From Bacteriovoracaceae bacterium (GTDB lineage Bacteria; Bdellovibrionota; Bacteriovoracia; Bacteriovoracales; Bacteriovoracaceae): a stretch of DNA of 64,000 nt. Position 1 is the stretch's first letter. Each line of letters starts with the position of its first letter. Of the stretch, positions 38,969 through 48,112 are shown piece by piece. Location: NCBI GenBank assembly GCA_050247975.1, contig JBFWTE010000021.1, positions 272 to 64,271 of the forward strand, read 5' to 3'. A program made the position numbers and the translations under genes. Under the pieces are notes generated by a model. The model had not been told where the DNA came from, made no database searches, and saw nothing but the letters and a program-made list of their open reading frames with translations.

Positions 38969-39821
38969 TCTATTTTTTATCACTGGAGTCTCTTTTGCAG
39001 AGGAAAAACTTCAAGAAGAAAAAGAACTAGAGGCGGTTAATTTTAATAGTATAAAAAAAGTCCTTCAAAAAGATGGCCTCTCTCAAGCTGTTATTGAAAA
39101 AAAAGAAGAAGTTAAAGTTTTAAAAATTGAGCAAAAGAACTTACAAAAGCACCTCTACAATTATCCTAGTGAAGATGAAATTTGGGGATTTGCTACTGAC
39201 TATTGGTTAGTTAAAAATGCCCAATTATTAGGTTGGGATTTTGATAAACCAGACTATGGACTTGATCTTTCATTTCGGAATTTGCTGGAAAAATTAGGTT
39301 ACTTTCAGAAATCGTTCAGAATTTTACTTGTAAATACTCCTTCTGTCGTAAGAGCTGGATTACCAGGTTCTCATAATGACATGGTTTTATTAGTCTCTGT
39401 TCCTTTTATTAGAACGCTAGATTTATCTAAGCTAGAAATATCACTTCTATTACTAGAAGATTTTTTTCGAATAGAGTTAGGATTTTTCAAAAAATCTGTT
39501 GGTACAGAGAAAATGAAAAAGCTTGCTGGAACAAATTTTTACGGAACCAAGCCGGATCTTTCGTTAATTGAGGAACTTCTAAAAAATTACGACAAACAAG
39601 TTAATGAGAAGGGGTTTACTTTTCAGCAACAATTCGAGGTCACTAAGAAGATGGATAATTTTTTGAAAGGCCAGCCTGATTTGTGGAATACTTATTTTAA
39701 AATGCTAACGAAGATAGATCGTTTTACTAAATCGAATAATCAATATAAAGATTATATTAAGCTTTATCCTTCACCAGAGATGCAAATAAAGTGGCTAAGT
39801 CCTGAAGAGAAAGTTCGTTGA
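38931..39821 (+). CDS. Secreted hypothetical protein, possibly degenerate M48 peptidase fold
   Basis: Signal peptide; FRILLVNTP..RAGLPG...LLVS...EISLLLLEDFFR with no HExxH. Confidence 0.5.
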   Translation: MTIISKVNLAFISLFFITGVSFAEEKLQEEKELEAVNFNSIKKVLQKDGLSQAVIEKKEEVKVLKIEQKNLQKHLYNYPSEDEIWGFATDYWLVKNAQLLGWDFDKPDYGLDLSFRNLLEKLGYFQKSFRILLVNTPSVVRAGLPGSHNDMVLLVSVPFIRTLDLSKLEISLLLLEDFFRIELGFFKKSVGTEKMKKLAGTNFYGTKPDLSLIEELLKNYDKQVNEKGFTFQQQFEVTKKMDNFLKGQPDLWNTYFKMLTKIDRFTKSNNQYKDYIKLYPSPEMQIKWLSPEEKVR

Positions 39822-40651
39822 TGTTAAAGCAGAATCCACTGATTCAGAATTTTAAGTATTACACTACCTATCAATTTATTTACGTGGTGATTGTTGTTCT
39901 TTTAAGTTCGATCGGAGCTTTTTTTCATTTTTTACTTAATCATGAAATTAGTATTGTTGAATCTTGGCTACATAATAATCAATGGGAAATTTTAATTGTA
40001 TCAAAAGTAACTTCTGCTTTTTTACTTGGGCGCTGGTTCCAAATTCGATCCTATAACATGAAACCAATTCGATTGATGATCAAAGAGTTAGTGGAGTGGC
40101 CTGAACCTCAGGCGATTGTGATATCCCTGTTTATGCTGGTCTCATTATTAACACTGGGAGAAGTTGGAGGCGGAGGACAAAACCTTGGTCATTGGTACAA
40201 TCAATTTACTTCTTTCATTGGGCTATTTTTATTTTTTGGAATTGATTTTGTAGTGCTTACATATTTGGGTGAATTTTTAACTCAAAGAGATGCTTCTTCA
40301 AGAATGTGGACAGGAATTGGGCACACCTTTATTTTCAGTATGGCCTATAAAGTGAGTGTCCCAGATTACTATGGTCTTCTGGGCTATGTTATTTTTTGCT
40401 ATTCAACGTTATTTTATTTAAGCGGAAAACTGTTTAAGAGTTGGAGTAATATAGTTTGTTTTCTCCTCTTGTTTGTTGCCCCTATGGGAACATTTTTTGG
40501 AATGGATCCTGTTTGGGGGGATGATTTTTCTTCTCTTAGAATGATGAACAAGCTGAACTTGGCTTTTCTAGCTGCAATTTGGATGATATCTTTTGGCTAT
40601 TACAATTATAGAAATCAATTTTTAAAATCTTTTCAAAAGTATTTTCGTTGA
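39818..40651 (+). CDS. Polytopic inner-membrane protein
   Basis: About 7-8 hydrophobic segments; overlaps the upstream stop. Confidence 0.7.
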   Translation: MMLKQNPLIQNFKYYTTYQFIYVVIVVLLSSIGAFFHFLLNHEISIVESWLHNNQWEILIVSKVTSAFLLGRWFQIRSYNMKPIRLMIKELVEWPEPQAIVISLFMLVSLLTLGEVGGGGQNLGHWYNQFTSFIGLFLFFGIDFVVLTYLGEFLTQRDASSRMWTGIGHTFIFSMAYKVSVPDYYGLLGYVIFCYSTLFYLSGKLFKSWSNIVCFLLLFVAPMGTFFGMDPVWGDDFSSLRMMNKLNLAFLAAIWMISFGYYNYRNQFLKSFQKYFR

Positions 40652-40659
40652 GGTGAGCT

Positions 40660-41361
40660 ATGCATGGTGGTTTAAATATATGGCAAATTCTTTGGCAATC
40701 AGGAATTGTAGTTAAAATTGTTCTTATTCTTTTAGTTATGGCCTCAGTTTTATCTTGGACTATTATTTTGCAAAAATGGAAAGAGCTGAAAGCTGTCATT
40801 GAAGCGAATGAAAAGTTTTATACTTTTTTTAAAAATAATAATTCTATATCTGAAATTCACCGTGAAGCGACTGAGCAACATGCTTCTTCTATGAGTTTGA
40901 TGTTTAGAAAAGGGTATGATGAATTAAATAAAATTAGTGAAAAGCTAAGTGCAAATGGCAAGGCCAATATGGCAGAACATTTTGGCCAACATGGTTTTCA
41001 ACCCCTAGAGCGAGCTCTTAAAGCTGGTTACAATACCGCCAATGAAAAAATGGATTTAAGAATCTCTACACTCGCAACAATCAGTTCTGTTGCTCCGTTT
41101 ATTGGTCTCTTTGGAACAGTTTGGGGAATCATTGATGCATTCTCTGGATTATCTCAAGGTGGTGGTAGTATTGAAGCGGTTGCCCCAGGAATTGCGGAAG
41201 CCTTAGTGGCCACGGCCGTTGGACTTGTAGCTGCTATCCCGGCCAACTGTTTTTTTAACTTATTTAATAATCAAATCTCTCGAATTAATTCTCAAATGGA
41301 ATCTTTCTCTCAGGATTTTTTAAATCTAGTGGAACGTTCTATTCTCATTAAGAAGGACTAA
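40660..41361 (+). CDS. tolQ: TolQ (MotA/ExbB family)
   Basis: LATISSVAPFIGLFGTVWGI, VAPGIAEALVATAVGLVAAIPA. Confidence 0.92.
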   Translation: MHGGLNIWQILWQSGIVVKIVLILLVMASVLSWTIILQKWKELKAVIEANEKFYTFFKNNNSISEIHREATEQHASSMSLMFRKGYDELNKISEKLSANGKANMAEHFGQHGFQPLERALKAGYNTANEKMDLRISTLATISSVAPFIGLFGTVWGIIDAFSGLSQGGGSIEAVAPGIAEALVATAVGLVAAIPANCFFNLFNNQISRINSQMESFSQDFLNLVERSILIKKD

Positions 41362-41365
41362 GTCC

Positions 41366-41785
41366 ATGGGAATGAATTTTGGTACAGGAAAAAAAGGCCC
41401 AGTCGCCGATATTAACGTCACTCCTTTAGTGGATGTAATGTTAGTGTTGTTAGTTATTTTTATGGTGACGGCCCCAATGCTTTTTAGTGGGATTGATCTT
41501 AAATTGCCCAAAACAAAAAAAGTAAACAATGTAGGTCTTACTCCTGAGTTGGTTATTCTTTCTGTTACTGATAGTGAGCAATTTTATCTAGGAAAGAATC
41601 TTGTCACGAGTAAAGATTTAATTCCCTCTATTTTAAAAAAATTAAAGTCTGCAAAAACTGAAGTGATTTACCTTCGGGCCGATTACAGTTTGAAGTATGA
41701 GAAAGTGGCAAAGTTGATCGCAAGTCTTAAAAAGGCAGGAGTAAGCAATATTGCTCTTGTGACTGAAGTGGAGAAGACAAAGTAA
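41366..41785 (+). CDS. tolR: TolR (ExbD family)
   Basis: ADINVTPLVDVMLVLLVIFMVTAPM; LRADYSLKY. Confidence 0.92.
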   Translation: MGMNFGTGKKGPVADINVTPLVDVMLVLLVIFMVTAPMLFSGIDLKLPKTKKVNNVGLTPELVILSVTDSEQFYLGKNLVTSKDLIPSILKKLKSAKTEVIYLRADYSLKYEKVAKLIASLKKAGVSNIALVTEVEKTK

Positions 41786-42577
41786 ATGTTTGGAACATTA
41801 GACCAGAATTTTACTAAGAATTTCTTTCTCTCCTTTGGGGGGCATCTCTTGCTTGTGTTTTTGGCATTTACTGGCGGAGAAGTCGTTAAGCGTATTTTCA
41901 AAAATGAAGATGTCGAAATTATTCGTGCTTCAGTTCGAGTAGATGTCGTTGGGATGCCTAAGTTTACGATTCAAGAATTAAAGGAGATGCAAAAATCTCC
42001 AACTGCTCCAGTTGAGCCTGAGGTTGCTAAAGGGGTTAAAGAAGTGACCAAAGTTGAAGCGGCCGATGTTATCAAAAAAGATGACCTGGTTATTGAAGAG
42101 CAGTCTAAAGAAAAAAAGAAAAAATCTTTTTTAAATCTTATCTCTGATTATTCAAGTGTTAAGGTTTCTCCTAAAGAATCAAGCAAAGGATCACAATCTG
42201 GCAAAGGTTCTAAAAATCTAGATTCACTCATTCTCGAAGGAAATAGACTTAGTAAAGGAACGGCCTTGGTGGGGGATTATTCAGATCAGGCCAATTCAGA
42301 ATTTGCTAATTATGTTCAAACATTACCAGAATTAATAAGAAGTCATTGGAAATTACCGAGCTATTTGTTGGATAAAAACCTTCGCTGCAGAATCAGAATC
42401 TATTTATCAATGAGTGGACAGCTTATAAAAATTGAGATGCAAGAGTCATCTGGCCAAGTAGAGTTTGATACTCGCGCCGAAAAGGCCATTCGTGATGCTT
42501 CTCCTTTTCCAAAACCTTCAGAGGTTGTTGGTGCACGCTTAACCAGCTCAGGAATAATCCTTGGATTTCCTCTCTAG
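41786..42577 (+). CDS. tolA: TolA / TonB C-terminal domain protein
   Basis: TM with SFGGH; charged linker; IRSHW..P, SSG..EFD..A..AI..ASPFP; lies between tolR and tolB. Confidence 0.8.
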   Translation: MFGTLDQNFTKNFFLSFGGHLLLVFLAFTGGEVVKRIFKNEDVEIIRASVRVDVVGMPKFTIQELKEMQKSPTAPVEPEVAKGVKEVTKVEAADVIKKDDLVIEEQSKEKKKKSFLNLISDYSSVKVSPKESSKGSQSGKGSKNLDSLILEGNRLSKGTALVGDYSDQANSEFANYVQTLPELIRSHWKLPSYLLDKNLRCRIRIYLSMSGQLIKIEMQESSGQVEFDTRAEKAIRDASPFPKPSEVVGARLTSSGIILGFPL

Positions 42578-42584
42578 GAGAATT

Positions 42585-43943
42585 ATGAAAGCATTTATTA
42601 CACTATCTCTTTTATTATTTTCATTTCATGTTTTTGCCCAAGACTCAGTTGCTGTGATTGCGGTAGGGAATGCAGAGCAAGATAAAGATAAATTTGTCAT
42701 AGATGATTCTGAGCTTAAATCATTAAGTGGGAACCAAAAACGTCTTGCTCTTGAATTGAATGATATCCTGAGAAATGATTTTATTTTTTATAAACATAAA
42801 TTCAATTCTGTTGATTACTCTGAAAAAGGAAAAGATAGTTTCTCTAAACCTGATTTAGAAAAATGGCAGAGTGGTGGTATTAATTATTTTGTTGCTTCTG
42901 AAATTTCGAGTAGTGGAAGTGGTATAGAGGCCAAGTACAAAGTATGGAGTGTGTCGGGGAAAAAAGAAATTTTTTCTGAATCTGTGAAATTGACCGAGTC
43001 CAATTTAAGAAACATGGCCCACCATCTTGCAGATAAGATGTATCGAGCAATGACTGGAAAACCTTCTATCTTTAATTCAAAAATTGTTTTTGTTTCTGAT
43101 AGGACGACTCGTGGAAGAGACGTTGAGAAAGAACTTTATATTATGGATTTTGATGGTAGGAGAGTAGAGAAATTAACCAACTTCAACTCTGTGGTCATAT
43201 CACCGGCAGTAGCACCAGATAATTCTAAAATTATTTTTTCCTTGATTGCTCCACATAAAGAAAAAGTTAATGGCCGAATTATCAATACAAAGAATATTGA
43301 TTTGAAGGCGATGGATTTGAGTACGCGAAAAATCACTACAATTTCTGATAAACCAGGGATTAATTCTGGAGCGATATTTAATCACACTGGCGATAAGCTA
43401 TATTTGACTCTTTCTTACACAGGTAATGCTGATATTTATGAGATGAAATTGTCAGATCACAGTCTTCGTAAAGTGACTTCGCACTACTCAGATGATGTTG
43501 ATCCTTCTATTAATAAAGATGGAAATTTGATGACGTTTTTGTCTAACCGTCCGGGTAGGGCCCATGTCTACACGATGGATCCATCTCAAACAGAAAAAGA
43601 CGTCAAAAGAATTTCTTTTGTAGGTCAATTTAATGCTGCTCCTCGCTTTTCTCCAGATGGAAAAGAAATTGTTTTTACTTCTTGGGTTGATAATGGTTTT
43701 GATCTTTACCGAATTGATGCTCAAGGCTCAAACCTTTATCGCTTAACCAAGAATTTTGGCTCTAATGAAGAGGCCCTATTCTCTCCGGATGGGGAGTTTA
43801 TTGTTTTTACGTCCAAAAAAGTGACTTCAGGTAAGGCCATTCAGGATATCTACCTTATGAATAGGGAGGGTGAAATTTTAGGGCAATTAACCCAAGATTT
43901 TGGCCGCTGCTTCTCTCCGCAATGGACTAACATATTGAAATAA
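42585..43943 (+). CDS. tolB: TolB beta-propeller protein
   Basis: Signal peptide; IVFVSDR, ELYIMDFDG, repeated PxxSPDG (PD40) units. Start 42585 with AGGAG. Confidence 0.9.
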   Translation: MKAFITLSLLLFSFHVFAQDSVAVIAVGNAEQDKDKFVIDDSELKSLSGNQKRLALELNDILRNDFIFYKHKFNSVDYSEKGKDSFSKPDLEKWQSGGINYFVASEISSSGSGIEAKYKVWSVSGKKEIFSESVKLTESNLRNMAHHLADKMYRAMTGKPSIFNSKIVFVSDRTTRGRDVEKELYIMDFDGRRVEKLTNFNSVVISPAVAPDNSKIIFSLIAPHKEKVNGRIINTKNIDLKAMDLSTRKITTISDKPGINSGAIFNHTGDKLYLTLSYTGNADIYEMKLSDHSLRKVTSHYSDDVDPSINKDGNLMTFLSNRPGRAHVYTMDPSQTEKDVKRISFVGQFNAAPRFSPDGKEIVFTSWVDNGFDLYRIDAQGSNLYRLTKNFGSNEEALFSPDGEFIVFTSKKVTSGKAIQDIYLMNREGEILGQLTQDFGRCFSPQWTNILK

Positions 43944-44062
43944 TAAGTAAAAACGAGGTTTTTTTAAACACTGCACCATTTTAGTCTTGTAAATTTTTCA
44001 GGCAGAATGTAATATCTCCCCATTAACGCACTGTGTAATAAATTATCAGTACCGAAAAGGGG

Positions 44063-45556
44063 ATGTCTATGAACAACGCTTTTAACAAGAACGATCTAGC
44101 TACTCTTTCTACAGTTTTACTTTCTCACCTAGATGAAGTTGTCTTTTTCTCAAAACTTTCAGGCTTTATTCATGACCTTACTCAAGAGCACAAGGTTCTA
44201 GGGTTTGAGGTTCTTAACGATGGATCGACTCGTTTAATTGCAGAAAACGGACAAGCTCTATCGGCCGCAAAGCATTTAAATAAAGGTCAGGGATTATCTG
44301 GATATGTTGCACGAATTAAGCGTGCTTATTATTCAAACTCAGTAAGAAGAGATCCAATCGCTTCAACTGGTATTAGAGATGAAGCTGTTGAGGCAGAACT
44401 TTCAATTCCAGTAATGATGGATGGCTCAGTTATTGGAACGATTAATATCCAATCAACTAAGAAGGATAGAAACTTTGGTGATGCTGATATTGTTGTGATC
44501 AATAATATTTTAAAAGAACTTGAAACTCCAATTCGTAATATGCATCTTTTCTTAGTTGCTAAGAATTTAAACCGTGAATTAATGGGTAGAATTGAGGCAA
44601 AAGATAAAGAGCTTTCAAATCGTACAGAAATCCAGGTGACTCGTCATCATGAAGACAATACTCAGATGTTAGGTCTTTCTAAAAACTTCTTAGAAGTTGT
44701 TCAGACCGCTAAAAAAGTTTCTGGCCAAGACTTCCCAATTCTTCTTGAAGGTGCTCATGGAGTTGGTAAAAAGATTCTGGCAAAAAAGATCCATCTTTGG
44801 TCGGGCAGAAAAGGTAACGTTGTCACGGCTTCATGTTCTGCTTTAAATGAAGCTCAATTAGATAGAGAACTTTTTAGCTCTAAAGGTTTAATGATTCAGG
44901 CCAATGGTGGAACACTTGTTATTGATGATATTGGATCAACTACTCACCATATTCAAACTAAACTTCTTCGAGCACTGGTCTCTGGAGAAATGACAACTGT
45001 AGATACAGAAGAAAAAGTAGCTTTGAATATTCGTATCATTGCCACTTCAAAAGTAGATTTAAAATCCCTGGTTGAAGATGGGAAATTTAAAGAAGATCTT
45101 TTCTATCGCTTGAACACGATCGTACTTAAAGTACCATCTCTTCGCGATCGTCAGGAAGATATTAAGGTGCTTGCAGAGTTCTTTTTAAACTCAGGCAAGT
45201 CACAAGCTAAAATTTTAACGAGTGCAGCGATTGAGAAATTGACTAATTACTTTTGGCCAGGAAATGCCCATGAGTTAAAAAACATCATGGAAAGAACTTA
45301 TATCTTAACTGATGGCCAGTACATTGAAGCTTCTCATCTTCCAGAGTTCGCTCAGGAAGTAAAAGTTGAGCTTGCCCCGGCCCCGGCTAAATATGTTGAA
45401 TTGACACTGTTTGATCTTGAGAAAAAGCATATTATTGACACTCTTGATCATTTAAGTGGGAATAAAACAAGAGCGGCCAAGGCCCTTGGAATTACAGTGA
45501 AAACTCTTTACAACAAGCTTCACAGCTATGGATTGATTGAAGCTCGTGAGCAATAG
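44063..45556 (+). CDS. GAF - AAA+ - Fis-HTH regulator (atypical bEBP lacking GAFTGA)
   Basis: GAF (ELSIPV..GSVIGTINI); GAHGVGK; GGTLVIDDIG; EDLFYRL; WPGNAHEL; NKTRAAKALGITVKTLYNKL. Confidence 0.88.
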   Translation: MSMNNAFNKNDLATLSTVLLSHLDEVVFFSKLSGFIHDLTQEHKVLGFEVLNDGSTRLIAENGQALSAAKHLNKGQGLSGYVARIKRAYYSNSVRRDPIASTGIRDEAVEAELSIPVMMDGSVIGTINIQSTKKDRNFGDADIVVINNILKELETPIRNMHLFLVAKNLNRELMGRIEAKDKELSNRTEIQVTRHHEDNTQMLGLSKNFLEVVQTAKKVSGQDFPILLEGAHGVGKKILAKKIHLWSGRKGNVVTASCSALNEAQLDRELFSSKGLMIQANGGTLVIDDIGSTTHHIQTKLLRALVSGEMTTVDTEEKVALNIRIIATSKVDLKSLVEDGKFKEDLFYRLNTIVLKVPSLRDRQEDIKVLAEFFLNSGKSQAKILTSAAIEKLTNYFWPGNAHELKNIMERTYILTDGQYIEASHLPEFAQEVKVELAPAPAKYVELTLFDLEKKHIIDTLDHLSGNKTRAAKALGITVKTLYNKLHSYGLIEAREQ

Positions 45557-45618
45557 ATTGATCGTTTGCTTGAAGAGTTAGAGAGAAAAAAGTAAAATAG
45601 CAAGACTAGGAGACCAAT

Positions 45619-45828
45619 ATGTCGAAAACAGTAAATCTAGATGAGAAAGCAGGTCAGGCCCCAGAAGTGATGACCATTAAAAATTTCCGTACCAACGGTG
45701 ATATTGAAAACTTCTACCGCTACATCCATGACAATGGTCTACGTCGTGAAGCTTTCATGCTGATGGAATACGCTATCAGCAAAGTGGCAAAAGCAAAGAA
45801 AGGCAAGAAATCTAAAAATTTACAATAA
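45619..45828 (+). CDS. Small basic hypothetical protein
   Basis: 69 aa; AGGAG RBS; own terminator; many C-ending codons. Confidence 0.8.
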   Translation: MSKTVNLDEKAGQAPEVMTIKNFRTNGDIENFYRYIHDNGLRREAFMLMEYAISKVAKAKKGKKSKNLQ

Positions 45829-45838
45829 TTTTTTCTTC

Positions 45839-45861
45839 AAGGGGTCCATGCAGGACCCCTT
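45839..45861 (+). terminator. Hairpin, probable terminator
   Basis: AAGGGGTCC-ATGCA-GGACCCCTT followed by ATT. Confidence 0.65.
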
Positions 45862-45873
45862 ATTAAGTGAAAC

Positions 45874-47298
45874 ATGGAAGTCCCTTCAAAAAGCAAAATC
45901 GTCTTTGACCCCCTTTACGGCTTTATCCATTTAACTAATCTCGAATGGGAAATCATCCATACTCCTTTTTATCAGAGGCTTCGTTGGATTAAGCAGTTAG
46001 GATTTACCTTTTATACTTTTCCAGGTGCTGAGCATTCGCGTTTTGGTCACTCTATTGGTGTGATGTTTAATGCACATAAAATTTTGCAAAGACTAGGAAG
46101 AGCAGTATCCGATCATGATTTATTTGATGATGCTGTTCAATCTCCTTCAAAGGCTTTCCATCAAAGTATTCGCTTAGCTGCTCTTCTACACGACTTAGGT
46201 ACTTTCATGTTTTCTCATACCACTGAAATGGCCTATATTCGTTTCGGTGAAACGACCCATGAGAAAAATGGTAAAGGTCATCCGGATGATCATGAGCATT
46301 TAGGTTCTTACATTATCAAGAACACTGACTATGCAAATGGAATCACCTTCATTTTAAAAAAATATCGCATTGATCCTCAGAAGATTTCAAACCTAGTGAA
46401 GGGGATTGATCCAAGTATTCTTGCCAATCAGATTCTTCATTCTGAAATTGACTGTGATCGAATGGATTATTTACTTCGAGACGCTCATTACTCCGGAATT
46501 AAGTACGGGACCTATGACCGAGATTATTTACTTCACCATTTTAGAGTGGCCAATGTTAATGGGCATGATGTGGTGGCAATTAATCATAATGCTCTTCACG
46601 CTGTTGAAGACTTTTTGATGGCCCGCTTTGCTTGGTACTCTCAAGTGATTCGTTCGGCCAGAGGCGCTCGTTTTGATGCTATCGCGGAAGAGATTTGTTT
46701 TTATATGCTTGAGAAGGGCAAGATTTATACTTATTCGCAACTCATGGACATGATTGCAAATGATCCAGATCGCTTCTACACCTTCAATGATCAGTACTTT
46801 ATGCAACAAGTTCATCATTACTATGTGACTGGTGAATTTGATAAAAATCCTCGCATCAAAGATATGGCCAACTGTCTTTTATATGAGAAGGCCCCAAGAA
46901 CAATTAAATGCGACGAATTTAAACAAAGAATTTTGAATCAAGATGAGGACCATGTTTACGATAAAATCGTAAAAAAGGCCGAAGATAAAATTAAAGAGAT
47001 TAAAGATATTTTAAAGAAAAAAGGCACGGAAAAAGATTGGATCGTAGAAGACCTTCCTAAGAAAAATATCATTTTTGTAAAATCTCGCAAAAAACTAGTT
47101 AAGACTAAGACCAGTGAAAATCTATTACTGGAGCGTGATCCTGCTAAGATTTTAATGGAAAATGGGGATGTAAAGCTTTTGGGAGATGTTGAGAACTCTA
47201 TTATTAGTGATCTCCAGACTAAGTTTAATTTCGTGCCGAATGTTTATTGTTCTGATTCGGCCTATGAACTCTTAGTGAAAGAGGGGATAGTTGTCTAA
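45874..47298 (+). CDS. HD-domain phosphohydrolase (SAMHD1/dNTP triphosphohydrolase-like)
   Basis: FYQRLRWIKQLG, AEHSRFGHSIG, LLHDLG, DCDRMDYLLRD. Confidence 0.88.
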   Translation: MEVPSKSKIVFDPLYGFIHLTNLEWEIIHTPFYQRLRWIKQLGFTFYTFPGAEHSRFGHSIGVMFNAHKILQRLGRAVSDHDLFDDAVQSPSKAFHQSIRLAALLHDLGTFMFSHTTEMAYIRFGETTHEKNGKGHPDDHEHLGSYIIKNTDYANGITFILKKYRIDPQKISNLVKGIDPSILANQILHSEIDCDRMDYLLRDAHYSGIKYGTYDRDYLLHHFRVANVNGHDVVAINHNALHAVEDFLMARFAWYSQVIRSARGARFDAIAEEICFYMLEKGKIYTYSQLMDMIANDPDRFYTFNDQYFMQQVHHYYVTGEFDKNPRIKDMANCLLYEKAPRTIKCDEFKQRILNQDEDHVYDKIVKKAEDKIKEIKDILKKKGTEKDWIVEDLPKKNIIFVKSRKKLVKTKTSENLLLERDPAKILMENGDVKLLGDVENSIISDLQTKFNFVPNVYCSDSAYELLVKEGIVV

Positions 47299-47364
47299 AA
47301 AAGACAGGATTCCTAATCTTTACTTTCTCAGTTAAATTTCGGTACAATGTTTGCATAATGTTAA

Positions 47365-47387
47365 ATAGGTTCCATGAGGGAACCTAT
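47365..47387. promoter_or_regulatory. Inverted repeat upstream of ftsE
   Basis: ATAGGTTCC-ATGAG-GGAACCTAT with no U-tract. Confidence 0.4.
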
Positions 47388-47410
47388 GGTTATAAAGGCA
47401 GGTTTCACGG

Positions 47411-48112
47411 ATGTTAACCGGTCGTCATATTCCAAATGCTGGTGGCCCAAATCAGCAAAATTATTTATTTCATCTTGATAATCTTTCAGTTGAATACGGA
47501 AACGTTAAGGCCCTAAAGTCTGTTCAATTGACGATTTATCCGGGAGAGATTCTATTTGTCACTGGCCCATCTGGTGCCGGAAAGACATCACTTTTGAATG
47601 TGCTTGGTGGCCACTTGGAACCAACGTCAGGTAAGGCCATTTTACCTCATCAAAGATCCTCAAAACATTTTGTGGCAACAGTGTTTCAAGATCTTCGTTT
47701 GCTTCAGAAGAAAACTTGTGAAGATAATTTATGGATGGCGTATGATGGCTCCGTTTATAATTCAAGAAATGACTTTTATCGTGAACTAGAAGATTTAACT
47801 CGATTGCTTCATGTTCATGATCACTTAAATAGAAAAATTGAAGATTGTAATGGTGGACTTAGACAGAAAGTGGCCATGATCAGAGCACTGCTCAGTCGTC
47901 CAACAGCGCTGCTTGCCGATGAGCCTACTAGCTCATTAGATAAAGATAATTCTTATCGATTATTTGAAGTGCTTAATCACTTCAATCATAAAAAAGGGCT
48001 GACTATTGTTTGGGCCACTCATAATAAAGAGCTTATTAAACAATTTCCGGGCAAGATAGCTCATCTTGATGCTGGAAGATTAGTATACTCGGGGCATGCA
48101 TGTTTTATTTAA
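47411..48112 (+). CDS. ftsE: Cell-division ABC ATPase FtsE-like
   Basis: GPSGAGKTS, VFQDLRLL Q-loop, variant signature CNGGLRQ, LLADEP, ATH; followed by FtsX- and EnvC-like genes. Confidence 0.75.
   Translation: MLTGRHIPNAGGPNQQNYLFHLDNLSVEYGNVKALKSVQLTIYPGEILFVTGPSGAGKTSLLNVLGGHLEPTSGKAILPHQRSSKHFVATVFQDLRLLQKKTCEDNLWMAYDGSVYNSRNDFYRELEDLTRLLHVHDHLNRKIEDCNGGLRQKVAMIRALLSRPTALLADEPTSSLDKDNSYRLFEVLNHFNHKKGLTIVWATHNKELIKQFPGKIAHLDAGRLVYSGHACFI

Noticed and set aside
44032-44058. ACCGAAAA upstream of the atypical bEBP as a sigma28 -10
   Set aside because: No TAAA/TCAA-like -35 at the right spacing.
45874-47298. HD protein as part of a defence island
   Set aside because: No neighbouring defence, mobile or compositionally atypical genes.
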